Shown: positions 47,481 to 59,326 of the stretch, piece by piece
Layout of the letters: every line of letters starts with the position of its first letter
How positions within the stretch are numbered: position 1 is the stretch's first letter
Assembly: GCA_963703315.1 (NCBI GenBank)
Contig: OY969811.1
Coordinates: forward strand, 2,048,001 to 2,112,000
DNA: 64,000 nt
Direction: 5' to 3'
From: an uncultured cyanobacterium
GTDB taxonomy: Bacteria; Cyanobacteriota; Cyanobacteriia; Pseudanabaenales; Pseudanabaenaceae
The notes under the pieces: model-generated
Seen by the model: the letters and a program-made list of their open reading frames with translations, nothing else
What the model was told of the DNA's origin: nothing
Database searches by the model: none
Program-made: the position numbers and the translations under genes

Positions 47481-48410
47481 ATGCCTCTTCATCAAGTTTC
47501 TGGGCGATCGCATCTAGGTCTAGCACTCTCATTACTTACGGTTGTCCTTTGGGGATTTTTAGCGATCGCCCTTCAGATAGTTCTTCAAGAGTTAGATCCT
47601 TTTACAGTTACTTGGTTTCGCTTTACATTTGCAGGGACTTTATTGGGGATTTATCTGGCTCTGCAACATAAATTACCGACATGGCAACAGTTACAAAAAA
47701 CTTCCTTCCCAATTTTTTTGATTGCGGTCATGGGGCTATCGCTAAACTATATTTTGTTCTTAACGGGTTTGGGCAAAACCTCTGCCAATAACGCTCAAGT
47801 CCTTACTCAACTAGCACCTGTGATGATGGGGCTAGCTTCATTAGTTATTTTTAAAGAAAAATACAATTATCGCCAATGGGGCGGCGTAGCTATTCTGATC
47901 TTTGGACTAGTATTGTTTTCCCATGAACAAGTGCGATCGCTGGTTACGACTCTAAACACATATCTATGGGGCAATGTGTTGCTAGTTATAGGGTCAATCG
48001 TATGGGCATTTTATGGACTTGCCCAAAAGCAATTATTGCTAAACCTGCCTTCAACGTCAGTGATGCTATGCCTATATTTAAGTGCAGCAACTTTATTTGC
48101 ACCAATGGCACATCCTGAAAGGTTGCTTACCTTGTCAGGAGCGCACCTGACCATTTTAATATTTTGCGCCTTCAATACTTTGATTGCTTACGGTGCATTT
48201 GCCGCCGCCCTCGAACATTGGGAAGCTTCACGGGTCAGCGTGGTGTTAACACTTACGCCTTTAGTGACGTTAGCTGCATCGACAATCCTGCCAAGTTTTG
48301 TACCTCAATTATTGTCACCGTCACCTTTGAGCTTTTTGGGATGGCTGGGGGCGATCGCCGTTGTATTTGGCTCTTTAGTAACGTCTTTAAGCTCAAATCC
48401 TAAAAATTAA
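47481..48410 (+). CDS. DMT/EamA family transporter
   Basis: ~10 TM helices in two EamA repeats. Confidence 0.9.
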   Translation: MPLHQVSGRSHLGLALSLLTVVLWGFLAIALQIVLQELDPFTVTWFRFTFAGTLLGIYLALQHKLPTWQQLQKTSFPIFLIAVMGLSLNYILFLTGLGKTSANNAQVLTQLAPVMMGLASLVIFKEKYNYRQWGGVAILIFGLVLFSHEQVRSLVTTLNTYLWGNVLLVIGSIVWAFYGLAQKQLLLNLPSTSVMLCLYLSAATLFAPMAHPERLLTLSGAHLTILIFCAFNTLIAYGAFAAALEHWEASRVSVVLTLTPLVTLAASTILPSFVPQLLSPSPLSFLGWLGAIAVVFGSLVTSLSSNPKN

Positions 48411-48622
48411 GTAATACCCAAAACCCTGTGGTGCACGCTGCGCGTGTGCCACAGGGTTTTACTCTAGTTTTTAATGCGGCTTCGCCACGCACGCCTAATT
48501 ATTCACTGAGAAGGGAGTAGCTACTTATTTTGAAATATTTTTTAAAAAGGGTTGCGCGATCGCCACACTTATACGCTATAGTTATTAACGCTGAAGTAAT
48601 TGCTTCAGCAAAACAGCTACAT

Positions 48623-48694
48623 TCCTCAGTAGCTCAGTGGTAGAGCAATCGGCTGTTAACCGATCGGTCGCAGGTTCGAATCCCGCCTGGGGAG
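48623..48694 (+). tRNA. trnN: tRNA-Asn(GTT)
   Basis: TCCTCAG acceptor stem, AGCTCAGTGGTAGAGC D-arm, ATCGG-CTGTTAA-CCGAT anticodon arm, GGTTCGAATCC; CCA not encoded. Confidence 0.97.
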
Positions 48695-48734
48695 TTATAA
48701 CAAAAAAGGAACGCATAGCGTTCCTTTTTTGTTA

Positions 48735-50825
48735 TTAGTGTTGCCCTGCTGATTGAATCCACTCAGTTGCTTTTTCGCTACTCAAGGGATGTGAAATAAA
48801 GTAACCTTGCACATCGATACTACTACCACCTAAATCTTCAAAGTAATCTAATTCTTCGGATGTCTCTACACCTTCCACCACAATACCCATACCAAGATTG
48901 TTAGCTAACCGCAAAATCGACTGAATAATTCTTTTGCTTTTGAGATCAGTCGTCACTTTATTAGTAAAACTACGATCAATTTTCAAGACATCAATTGGTA
49001 GGTTTTGTAGATAGCTAAATGAAGAATAACCTGTCCCAAAATCATCAATATAGACTTGTACACCAATTTCTCGAAGCTGATCTAACTTGTGGGAAGAAAC
49101 TTCGATATTGTCCATCAAAATTGTTTCTGTAATTTCTACCTTAATGGAGCTTGGTAAAATTTGTTGGCTGAGAAGTATAGACTCAATACGTTCAACAAAG
49201 TCTGGCTGAATAACTTGGATTGTAGATACATTAATTCCTAAAGTGAGTTTAGAAATATCAGTAAATGCTTGTTGCCATTGATATAGCTGTTTACAAGCTG
49301 TTTCTAAAACCCAATAGCCAATCTGAATAATTTCTCCAGTTTCCTCAGCGATCGGTAGAAATTCTTGTGGAGAAATTAGCCCTTGTAAAGGATGCATCCA
49401 GCGCAGGAGAACTTCAAATCCTGTAAGTTTATGTTGATGTAATGAAACTATGGGTTGATAGACGAGATAAAACTCTTGACGTTCTAGGGCTTGCCGTAAA
49501 TCAGTTTCTAACTGCCAACGTATTTTTGCCCCTTGACTCATACTATTTCTAAATAGCGCTTGTTTACCCCTGCCTAGATTGCGGGCATAGTGCATCGCAA
49601 TATGAGCATCCCGCAAAACTTCATTTGCATAGATATATTCAGGATCGCTAATCGCAATACCAATACTTACAGAAGTAAAAATCTGATTTTCATTAATAAA
49701 AAATGGCTCTTTAATACTTGCTAAAATTTGATCAGCTAGTTGAATGACAGTACTTTCTTGATCAATATTTGTCACTAAAATTGCAAATTCATCGCTATCA
49801 ACTCTGGCAATAGTTACATTTATTTTTCTATAGCTATTTAGACGTTTGCTGATTTCTTGTAATAGCTGATTACCTGTAGATATACCAAAGTTGTCATTGA
49901 TTATATTAAAGCGATCGCAGTCTATAAATAGAACTGCAAAATTACGATTAGGATCAGCTTGTAATTTTGTAAATTCTAAATCTAAATAATTCATAAATGA
50001 GTCGCGATTAGGCAACCCAGTTAATGCATCATGAAGCTGGTTGTAATGCAGTTTTGCAATGACTTGATCTCTTTCTATTCTGATAGCATCAGATCTAACA
50101 AGTAACTGCATTTGATGAATAGAAATTGCTAATTGAGTTCCTAGCCTTTCTAGCAATTCGATTTCCCAAGATTGCCAATAACGGGGATTCTCATATTGAT
50201 GCACGATGATTAGCCCCCATAAGGCTTTACCACTAGGAATTGCCACAGCAAGCATTGAACTTATACCTAGTGGGGCTAATGCTTCCGAAATTTTTGAGTC
50301 AACATTAGAGTCATGAATATCATCAATAGATTGACTAATGCAATTTTTGTAAACTTCTAGCCATTCACGATCATTATAAAATGCGGGTAAGGGCTGACCT
50401 AAAAGCGATCGATTTGGTTCATTGACAGCTTCATATTGAATTGTTTTTTCATCTTGATCAGTAAATTGATAAATAATTACTTGATCGCTCTGTAATAATT
50501 GAAAAATTTCTAAGGAAATCATATCTAGTAATTCATCTAGATTGATTGATTGTCTTAGACGGGCAAACATCAAGGCTAAAAAAGTGTAGATCTCGTCTTC
50601 ATTTTGAGAATCTGTACCTAATTTAGATTGATAAAGCTGCTTAATTCTTTGCTTAAGACTGTTGACTTCTCTTTCCGAATTATTAAAATAAGTACTTAGA
50701 GTTTCTCCAAGCAATTGAATATTTTGTAAATCAGCTTGTTGCTGTTGAGTTAATGTCTCAGATTCACCAATGCGATTTACACAGTCAAATAATGCTGATA
50801 ATGAACTAGAAAACTGTTCTCGCAT
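48735..50825 (-). CDS. GAF-GGDEF(degenerate)-EAL protein, probable c-di-GMP phosphodiesterase
   Basis: GAF 'LWGLIIVHQ...R.W...E'; GGDEF reads DSDEF; EVL motif; 'DDFGTGYSS'. Confidence 0.88.
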   Translation of the reverse strand: MREQFSSSLSALFDCVNRIGESETLTQQQQADLQNIQLLGETLSTYFNNSEREVNSLKQRIKQLYQSKLGTDSQNEDEIYTFLALMFARLRQSINLDELLDMISLEIFQLLQSDQVIIYQFTDQDEKTIQYEAVNEPNRSLLGQPLPAFYNDREWLEVYKNCISQSIDDIHDSNVDSKISEALAPLGISSMLAVAIPSGKALWGLIIVHQYENPRYWQSWEIELLERLGTQLAISIHQMQLLVRSDAIRIERDQVIAKLHYNQLHDALTGLPNRDSFMNYLDLEFTKLQADPNRNFAVLFIDCDRFNIINDNFGISTGNQLLQEISKRLNSYRKINVTIARVDSDEFAILVTNIDQESTVIQLADQILASIKEPFFINENQIFTSVSIGIAISDPEYIYANEVLRDAHIAMHYARNLGRGKQALFRNSMSQGAKIRWQLETDLRQALERQEFYLVYQPIVSLHQHKLTGFEVLLRWMHPLQGLISPQEFLPIAEETGEIIQIGYWVLETACKQLYQWQQAFTDISKLTLGINVSTIQVIQPDFVERIESILLSQQILPSSIKVEITETILMDNIEVSSHKLDQLREIGVQVYIDDFGTGYSSFSYLQNLPIDVLKIDRSFTNKVTTDLKSKRIIQSILRLANNLGMGIVVEGVETSEELDYFEDLGGSSIDVQGYFISHPLSSEKATEWIQSAGQH

Positions 50826-50939
50826 AGCTTTGTGGGAATTTGTTTACAGATAATTGCTAAAATTAAATCATATAATTCTCGAAAAGCGTAGTACACAGTT
50901 TACCAAACTAAAAGATTAAAGAACTTATTTAATCATGTT

Positions 50940-50978
50940 TTCTAAATATAAGTTCTAAATATAAGTTCTAAATATAAG
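50940..50978 (+). repeat. 3 x 13-bp tandem repeat
   Basis: (ttctaaatataag)3. Confidence 0.9.
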
Positions 50979-51290
50979 TATCGATGAGTTACTTAATACA
51001 TAAAGATCGCAAATGATAAGTAGCTGGGCATAATTAAAACCCTAAAACCTGTGGCGCACGCGCAGCGTGCGCCACAGGTTTTAGGGTTTTATATTTAATT
51101 GCACCTAGATACTTATGTGAAATAGCGAAAAACTTAGTTAGTAATTTTTTCACAAACTGGAGAAATTAAAAACAATGAATTTAGGTTAGGTATAGCCATC
51201 ACCGTAAATGAGAACCCAAGAAGAGAGTGGCGGCGCAAAGCGCCGCCACTCTCTTCTTGGGTTCTCATCCAGCGCAAAGCGCTGAATATG

Positions 51291-51815
51291 TTATGAGGCG
51301 GTATTTTGTGGAAGTTCGGCAAATTGCTCGGCAAAAACTTCAATTTCTATATTGGGATCATTCCTTAAACTGAGCGATCGCCTGACAAGTCCTAAATACA
51401 ATGGTTTGGATAAGCCTTCTCGTGGATGCACAATAGTTCGAGCAAAAATTGTAAGCTGCTCTTCACCCTGATTATTCCGTCCAGAGGAGAATAAATTGCT
51501 GCTAGCTTGTTGCAACGTAAATTTGAGCTGTTCTGGGGTGATGGTTGGCGGAACCGCAATGGTTGCCTTTGCGCCAAAGCGATCGTAAACAGTCTTAAAT
51601 GGGACAGAACCCTGAACGGATGAGCGCGTAATTGGCTCAAAGCTGAGGGAAAAAAGCCCGACAACTAATACCACCGAAAATAGGGTTACACCCACCATCC
51701 GATAGCGCCAACTCCATTGACGAGCCATAGCTAATCCTGTAATTAAGGCGCAGACTAGTACAAATACGCCCATTGCTTGTGCAAGTTGACTAAATAAAGC
51801 AGGCGTTAACGACAT
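51291..51815 (-). CDS. Ycf51 (DUF2518) family protein
   Basis: Two TM helices, 'WRYRMVGVT', 'TL.QA..NLFS.GR', 'RT..HP..G.S.PLYLG'. Confidence 0.8.
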   Translation of the reverse strand: MSLTPALFSQLAQAMGVFVLVCALITGLAMARQWSWRYRMVGVTLFSVVLVVGLFSLSFEPITRSSVQGSVPFKTVYDRFGAKATIAVPPTITPEQLKFTLQQASSNLFSSGRNNQGEEQLTIFARTIVHPREGLSKPLYLGLVRRSLSLRNDPNIEIEVFAEQFAELPQNTAS

Positions 51816-52015
51816 AGGTTAAATGACTGTGAACTATTAAATAACTACTCGGTTCATTTTATAGTGGCTTTGTCATGCAAACCAAATAAAGCCGAAAGTA
51901 ATAAAAATATGAATTTTGGCAAGTTTTTTAATCAAAGCCTAACATTCGAGAAATGAGACATCGCAAAACTGTAAGATTATTGCGAATAGTTTCACTTAAT
52001 CATTACAAGGAATAG

Positions 52016-53305
<1,290 letters not shown>

Positions 53306-53644
53306 TTAAGTAGTAAACCCAAAGAACAAAATGGCATAGCCATTTTGTTCTTTGGGTTTACAGTCTAGATCAACCAAAATCGGTAGTCGTGAATTGGCTC
53401 AACGCTGGAGAGGCTGTGTCCTCAAGTTCTAGAGCATTACTGGTTTTTGAAACAATTTTTTCGCGATCGCGCCCCAGCAGCAGATGCACTCTTGCTTTAC
53501 TTTGAGTTCAATGATGACGGTAGCGACGATTTTGAATGAAAGCAAAGCTCGAAAAAGAGAATGACGGCGCGAAGCACCGTCATTCTCTTTTTCGAGCTTT
53601 GCTATTAAGTAACATTATGCGCTATCCTAGACAAGCTGTTAAAA

Positions 53645-53730
53645 AACACACGCTTGAGGTTTCGGGTGTTTAGAGTTACTTGTAACTACTAGATTCCATC
53701 TCAGGCGCAAGGATAAACCCGAACACAGGA
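53645..53730 (+). promoter_or_regulatory. Probable rpsB (uS2) leader structure
   Basis: ACACAC start; crossing pairings cgcttgag/ctcaggcg and ttcgggt/acccgaa. Confidence 0.5.
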
Positions 53731-53740
53731 GAAAATTTAA

Positions 53741-54520
53741 ATGGGAGTCGTAACCCTAGCCCAATTGCTAGAGTCAGGAGTTCACTTCGGGCATCAAACC
53801 CGTCGTTGGAACCCCAAGATGGAGCCTTACATCTTCACCGAGCGTAATGGCGTTCATATTATTGACCTTGTGCAAACTGCACAGTACCTCGAAGAAGCCT
53901 ACGCTTATTTGCGTCAAGCTTCCGAGCAAGGCAAAAAAGTATTGTTCGTTGGAACCAAGCGTCAAGCTGCTGGTCTGATTGCTCAAGAAGCAGCCCGTTG
54001 TGGTAGCTACTACATCAACCAACGCTGGTTGGGTGGAATGCTCACCAACTGGACAACCATCAAAACCCGTGTCGATCGCCTCAAGGATCTCGAACGTCGC
54101 GATGAAAGTGGTGCATTAGATCGCCTTCCTAAGAAGGAAGCATCCACCCTGCGCCGCGAAATGGAAAAGCTCCGCAAATATCTCGGTGGTATCAAGTTGA
54201 TGCGTAAGCCACCCAATATTGTGATCATCGTTGATCACAAGCGCGAGTACAACGCTGTTCAAGAATGCCAAAAGTTGCGTATTCCCATCGTGTCTCTACT
54301 TGATACCAACTGCGATCCCGATAGCGTTGATATTGGGATTCCTGCTAACGATGACGCAATTCGCTCCATCAAGTTGATTGTCGGTAAGCTTGCTGACGCA
54401 ATCTACGAAGGTCGTCATGGCGATATCGAAGATATCGAGTATGAAATCTCTGCTGAAGAAGTAGAAGCTTATGTCGAAGATGAAGCAATCATCACAGGCG
54501 ATGAAGAAGAAGTTGCCTAA
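53741..54520 (+). CDS. rpsB: 30S ribosomal protein S2
   Basis: 'GVHFGHQ..RWNPKM', 'RWLGGMLTN', 'DTNCDP', 'NDDAIRS'. Confidence 0.98.
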   Translation: MGVVTLAQLLESGVHFGHQTRRWNPKMEPYIFTERNGVHIIDLVQTAQYLEEAYAYLRQASEQGKKVLFVGTKRQAAGLIAQEAARCGSYYINQRWLGGMLTNWTTIKTRVDRLKDLERRDESGALDRLPKKEASTLRREMEKLRKYLGGIKLMRKPPNIVIIVDHKREYNAVQECQKLRIPIVSLLDTNCDPDSVDIGIPANDDAIRSIKLIVGKLADAIYEGRHGDIEDIEYEISAEEVEAYVEDEAIITGDEEEVA

Positions 54521-54575
54521 AACTTCTCAAACATAAAAAAAGGGAGGCGCTAAGCGCCCCCCTTTTTTATTAGCA

Positions 54576-54845
54576 TTAATAAACTTCATCGTGACTACCA
54601 ATATCGACTAAAACTATGGTCTCATTTTGGACTAGAAAAACACAAATAATGCGGTATTCATAGGTCAGACTACAGGCATAAAATTCGCTAAGATCGCCTT
54701 TTAATTTATGTGTTTTTAGTGATGAATCAAATGGATTAGTTTTAAGCTTTTCTAAAACTTCTCCATACTTGTCAATTAAGTGAGGACGTTTTTTAAAGAA
54801 TTTGCATTCTTTACGTTTATAGTCATCATCTTTAACTAACTTCAT
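54576..54845 (-). CDS. Type II TA toxin, RelE/YafQ family
   Basis: 'HKLKG.L...YACS....YRI', C-terminal 'IGSHDEVY'. Confidence 0.85.
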   Translation of the reverse strand: MKLVKDDDYKRKECKFFKKRPHLIDKYGEVLEKLKTNPFDSSLKTHKLKGDLSEFYACSLTYEYRIICVFLVQNETIVLVDIGSHDEVY

Positions 54846-55089
54846 GTTTTAAATCTTGAATATAAGTTTTTACATCACTAATCTCGGTAAAGCCCGATAA
54901 ACCTTCCTGTTTAATTTTTTGTATGGTTTTTAAGCATTGATGTTGATCTATTGCGAGATCTTCATCAGATTCTTGCTCTATCTCACTATTAATTCCCAAG
55001 CGAAAATAGTGAATCAGATCATATAGAGCAGATAGTTTAGATTCGGGAATATATTGCAACTCGTTAATGATGGCATCTTTATTTGACAT
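54832..55089 (-). CDS. Putative antitoxin
   Basis: Small acidic ORF directly upstream of, and overlapping, the toxin. Confidence 0.65.
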   Translation of the reverse strand: MSNKDAIINELQYIPESKLSALYDLIHYFRLGINSEIEQESDEDLAIDQHQCLKTIQKIKQEGLSGFTEISDVKTYIQDLKHEVS

Positions 55090-55125
55090 TGCTTGATACC
55101 TGTAAAAGTAGTGTTGAAAATATTG

Positions 55126-56286
55126 CTATTGATAAATTTTACCTAATAAAACCGATCGCTTAGCACCTGTAACACTAGGTAAATTGCCACAGCGTTCTTT
55201 GAGACGCAAATATCCCAGCAACGCAAAGGCGATCGCTTCTTTACTATCACTATCAATACCAAAGTCATTGGTACGCATCACGATCGCAGGTTTAACTAAA
55301 TCCTGTAAGCGCTCCATCAAGTAGCCATTATGACCACCACCACCACCGATTAAAACCTCATCGGGAAATACAGGCAGAAAGTCACGATAACTTTTAGCGA
55401 TCGCTCTAGCGGTAAATTCGGTTAAAGTTGCGAGAATATCGCGATCGCTAAGTCCTCCACATTCAGCCAAACATTTGTCTAGATAATCTGGGCTAAATAA
55501 TTCGCGTCCTGTTGATTTTGGTGGTGCTGTGACAAAAAATTCTTGTTCTAACCATTGGTCAATTAATAGGAGATTGGGCTGACCTTGACGGGCGATCGCG
55601 CCATCACGATCAAAGGGTTGCCCAAATAATTTTTGAGTTGCCATATCAATCAACACATTGCCCGTACCATTATCAAACCCAAAAACTTGATCTTGATTTT
55701 CAAGGGAATTAGGCGGCAAATAGGTCAAATTACTGATCCCACCAATATTTTGACAAACTCGATATTTTGTAGGATCGGAAAGGATCAAAACATCTAGCAT
55801 TGAGACTAGTGGCGCACCCTGCCCGAAAGCTTCAATATCTGCAACTCGAAAATCACTGACAGTCTTGATCCCCGTCAACTCCGCAATTACTGCACCACGT
55901 CCCAGTTGAATGGTGTAGCCCAAGCTAGTTTTACCATCTTGAGCAGAAGCTGGCGGACGATGAAAAACTGTTTGACCGTGAGAGGCAATCAAATCTGGTA
56001 ATTGCGCGCCCTTTGCCATAATCGCGATCGCGGCTTGGGCAAAGCTCTCGGCAATGCGATCATCAAGTTCACATATTTGTTGTAGCGATCGCGGCTCACC
56101 TGCACAGACCGCTAATATCTCAGTACGCAGATCATCGGAATATGGATATGTATATCCTGCGATTAAATTAGTTTCAAGTTTTTCATGGCGATCGATAATT
56201 TCTATCAGAGCCGCATCAATGCCATCCACCGATGTGCCACTGATTAAGCCGATCGCTAATATTTTGTCCGTTGGTGCATTAATCAT
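55126..56286 (-). CDS. anmK: Anhydro-N-acetylmuramic acid kinase
   Basis: 'GLISGTSVDGID', 'SHGQTVFH', 'GQGAPL', 'NIGGISN', 'KSTGRE', 'KEAIAFA'. Confidence 0.95.
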   Translation of the reverse strand: MINAPTDKILAIGLISGTSVDGIDAALIEIIDRHEKLETNLIAGYTYPYSDDLRTEILAVCAGEPRSLQQICELDDRIAESFAQAAIAIMAKGAQLPDLIASHGQTVFHRPPASAQDGKTSLGYTIQLGRGAVIAELTGIKTVSDFRVADIEAFGQGAPLVSMLDVLILSDPTKYRVCQNIGGISNLTYLPPNSLENQDQVFGFDNGTGNVLIDMATQKLFGQPFDRDGAIARQGQPNLLLIDQWLEQEFFVTAPPKSTGRELFSPDYLDKCLAECGGLSDRDILATLTEFTARAIAKSYRDFLPVFPDEVLIGGGGGHNGYLMERLQDLVKPAIVMRTNDFGIDSDSKEAIAFALLGYLRLKERCGNLPSVTGAKRSVLLGKIYQ

Positions 56287-56749
56287 GAGTTGTAGCTAAA
56301 AAGATATTGGCGATCGCTTTTAATATTTGCAGTACATCATAAAGATGATTGGTGCGCGACAGCATCGAATAGGTTTCCGAAAAATCATACAGTTTCTTTT
56401 GGGGATCAATCTTGATAAATATGAAATTATTCCCATTTGTAACCATGCTAAATAATGGTGATGCTTCTGGTGAAGATGCGATCGCATAGGCAAGTGTTTG
56501 GGGAATGCCAACTTCAATATCAAATTCAGTCTCTTTGGATTCAATAATTACGCGCCAAAAACGTTCCTGTACGACCAAAAAATCAATGCGTCCCCGTAAG
56601 GTTTCATTCTCAACTGTGGTTTCAATCTCGACAGATAATTCTGATCGCAAGCGAAATGGTGGATCGTAGAAACCAGCTAATTCCATTAATCGCGATACGA
56701 CGATCTCATTAACTGCACCTTCAGTGACTTGTCCTTCTTCACGATGGTA

Positions 56750-57705
56750 TAGCTATAGCCAGTCAAGTTAGGACGCAGCAAGGGCAAGAACGGAGTCAAT
56801 AGCATCATGAAGATTAGCTGAATTGCGTAGGAGTTTACGAATACGAGATTTGAGCCAAGCCCAACATTTCTCAATGCGATTAAGGTCTGGAGAATATGGA
56901 GGTAAATAGACGACCTTACATCCTGCTGCTGCTATCAAATCCTGAATGCGTCCACCATGATGGAAAGTAGCATTATCGATAATTACCCATTGCCCAGCCT
57001 TGAGAGTTGGAATCAAGCAAGATTCTAACCAGATTTCAAATACGTTGCGGTTGCAACAGCCTTTAATTGTAAAGGGGGCAATTAGTTGTCCATCTCGATA
57101 TCCCGCAATCATATTAATACGTCCCTGACGACGACCTGCTTTGAGTCCATGAATTCGCTCACCTTTTGCAGACCATCCATATCCATAATTATCACGTTCA
57201 TCCATCCCTGATTCATCAACGTAAACTAAGTGGGATGCTTTTGGATCGCCTAAGGCTGTGCGAAACTCATTACGTTTTTCTTCATCTCGTTCCCGATAAC
57301 CATAAGTTTTTTTTTACGGGTAAATCCTATCTGTTTTAACGCTCGTGATATAGACCTTTGACTGATATTTCCCCATAATTCTGCCATCTCTGCTTGGGTC
57401 TTATCCTCATGCTCTTTGACAAATTCTCGAAACTTTTCCCAGTCGCTAATTTTGGGCTTCTGACTAGACGATGCTCTTGCCTTTACGGTTATATCTCCTG
57501 TTTCTTCCCGTCTCTCAAACCACAAGTTGATTGTGTTTCGACTAATCCCGAACAATTGACTGGCTTCATTTTTCTTCAGTCCATCCATTTCGATTGCTTG
57601 CATTACCTTTTGACGCAAATCGTAACTATATGGTTTTGGCATTGTTGTTGCTCAGATGTCTCAGTTTCTTTCTATTTTATGTCCTAACCTAGCTGGCTAT
57701 AGCTA
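56750..57705 (-). mobile_element. IS630-family insertion sequence (956 bp)
   Basis: TIRs tagctatagccagtcaagttaggac / gtcctaacctagctggctatagcta; TA duplication at 56748-56749 and 57706-57707. Confidence 0.93.
56768..57642 (-). CDS. IS630 transposase, two ORFs joined by frameshift
   Basis: 'MPKPYSYDLR' HTH ORF ending TRKKK; DDE ORF 'DNATFH', 'LPPYSPDLN.IE..W'; A9 run (T9 on + strand at 57307-57315). Confidence 0.9.
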
Positions 57706-57881
57706 TATCGAAAGCGCTGGCGAATTAAATCTAAAGTTTCTTGTTCTAAAGCTGTGAGTTGTGGTAATCCCTCAAACCATTCTGTAAAAAATTGGTTGTC
57801 GGTGGCTCTCTGTAGACCAAGCTTTTGGTGTACATGGTTTAAGGTTTTGATAACCTGTGTGACAGCAGTTTGAGACATTTT

Positions 57882-58175
57882 TTATGCTGATTTGGCTGTT
57901 AGGATAGGTATTTGCTCTGAGTCTGTGATTAACATCTGGGATTGAATCTCAGACACAATTTCGTCAACATCTTCAGGCGACAGTACTTTGCCAGTTTTGC
58001 TATTCAAAATTTCCTTTAACTGGTCATAGCTGATGCTATTCATTGTCTGACAGAAGTAATTGCCGAGGTTTACACCATGGTCAACGCCAGCGATAACATC
58101 ACAGCCACACTCCTCTTCGATTTGGTTCATTCTCCGCAATTCTTCATCGTCAATATCAAAAATATCCAGTGTCAT
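57882..58175 (-). CDS. Small acidic hypothetical protein
   Basis: ATG at 58175 overlaps the GNAT stop (ATGA). Confidence 0.65.
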   Translation of the reverse strand: MTLDIFDIDDEELRRMNQIEEECGCDVIAGVDHGVNLGNYFCQTMNSISYDQLKEILNSKTGKVLSPEDVDEIVSEIQSQMLITDSEQIPILTAKSA

Positions 58176-58723
58176 TGTCTCTCTCCACTTTTGTACCACT
58201 CAAAATAGGTCAAGTTGTCTTTGTCTGGGTCTTTGCCGCAGTTGTTCATGTTTAGTTTTTCGTAAAAGCTTTCGGCTCTTGGTAACGAGTGTAACCCAAC
58301 CAATCCTCTGTACCCTAGTTGCTGACTCCTGAATTTTGCAAACCTTAATAAGTTAGAACCAATCCACTGAAACATAGGATCTGGCTGAAAGCTGAAGCGA
58401 TTCCAAGGTGCTGTCTCAAGAGTTGCTACATAAACTAATCTAACCTCTGGAGAGAACCACGATCTATGATTTTCTGTTTCGATCAGCATCATTCCTTGGG
58501 TTATTTTTTCGTATTCTATGGCATAGGCTTCGTAATTACCCCTTGAGAGGTATGTTCGGCTTTTGTATTGCCAGTCCCAGTATTCGTCTCCTTGATTCTT
58601 GGACAATATCCTTGGTTTCCAGAATGTCTCAAAATCGTCTACGTTCTTTTGGCTAATTCTTGTTAATGTCGCAGGAACTTCTTGACGATCGCTTAATCGC
58701 AGGATTCTTATATTTTCAGACAT
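58172..58723 (-). CDS. GNAT-family N-acetyltransferase
   Basis: 'VYVATLETAPWN', 'IGSNLL', 'GLHSLP.AE.FY'. Confidence 0.75.
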   Translation of the reverse strand: MSENIRILRLSDRQEVPATLTRISQKNVDDFETFWKPRILSKNQGDEYWDWQYKSRTYLSRGNYEAYAIEYEKITQGMMLIETENHRSWFSPEVRLVYVATLETAPWNRFSFQPDPMFQWIGSNLLRFAKFRSQQLGYRGLVGLHSLPRAESFYEKLNMNNCGKDPDKDNLTYFEWYKSGERQ

Positions 58724-58725
58724 CT

Positions 58726-59070
58726 CTAACGACCTGTATTTTCTGCGATCGCCGACAACCTATCACTTACAGCTCTATCGATTAAGGCAATTTGTTTGAG
58801 AGAAAGTTGTTTAATTTGCCGAGTCATCATGACGATCACATCAGCTTCAGGTAAATCTCCACCTTCGATAAAATCGATAACTTGCTGCAATGTATAACCA
58901 GCCCTAGTCGCAATACTTGATAAGTGCTTTGTTTCTGGAATGCTGACCCCATTTTCCCAATGCTGTACTGCTGTAGCAGATACTCCTAACTCCATACCAA
59001 AAGCTCTCTGACTCATATCACCACGAGCCAATTTAACGATATTAGAAACTCTTTCGCCGCGATCGCGCAT
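58726..59070 (-). CDS. XRE-family HTH transcriptional regulator
   Basis: 'MSQRAFG.ELGVS.TAV..WE.G...P'; start taken as ATG 59070. Confidence 0.85.
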   Translation of the reverse strand: MRDRGERVSNIVKLARGDMSQRAFGMELGVSATAVQHWENGVSIPETKHLSSIATRAGYTLQQVIDFIEGGDLPEADVIVMMTRQIKQLSLKQIALIDRAVSDRLSAIAENTGR

Positions 59071-59181
59071 AAGTACACCTTGCAAGCAAACTTGTGTAAT
59101 GTTGCAATAGTCTACATTTGCAAAAGTATAATTGTCAATAATTACAATATTAGACAATTATACTTTTACAAATATAATTTG

Positions 59182-59288
59182 TTATTTCATCCACTCGGTG
59201 TGGAAAAATTCGCCTCTGGGCTTGTCGGTGCGCTCATAGGTGTGAGCGCCGAAGTAATCGCGCTGAGCCTGTGTCAAGTTTTGAGGCA
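59182..59288 (-). repeat. Duplicated 3' end of gnd (107 bp including stop codon)
   Basis: Matches 61182-61288 with 2 mismatches. Confidence 0.95.
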
Positions 59289-59326
59289 GGGATACTATCG
59301 CGGGAAGATCTCAAACTAGAGAACCA

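Larger units (their letters stand above)
56279..57878 (-). pseudogene. HsdR N-terminal-like (PD-(D/E)XK) restriction-endonuclease-like gene interrupted by IS630
   Basis: Removing the IS and one TA gives ...RFRY-HREEGQVTEGAVNEIVVSRLMELAGF...; 'GRID...IESK', 'PQ.LAY', 'VTNG'. Confidence 0.85.

Noticed and set aside
48623..48735. tRNA-Asn as an integration site
   Set aside because: No integrase and no duplicated tRNA 3' end seen
53370..53520. Unexplained stretch between eno and rpsB
   Set aside because: No ORF, RNA fold or repeat match that I can support
59080..59319. + strand ORFs here and at 61131-61544 sharing a peptide
   Set aside because: Antisense shadows of the duplicated gnd 3' end
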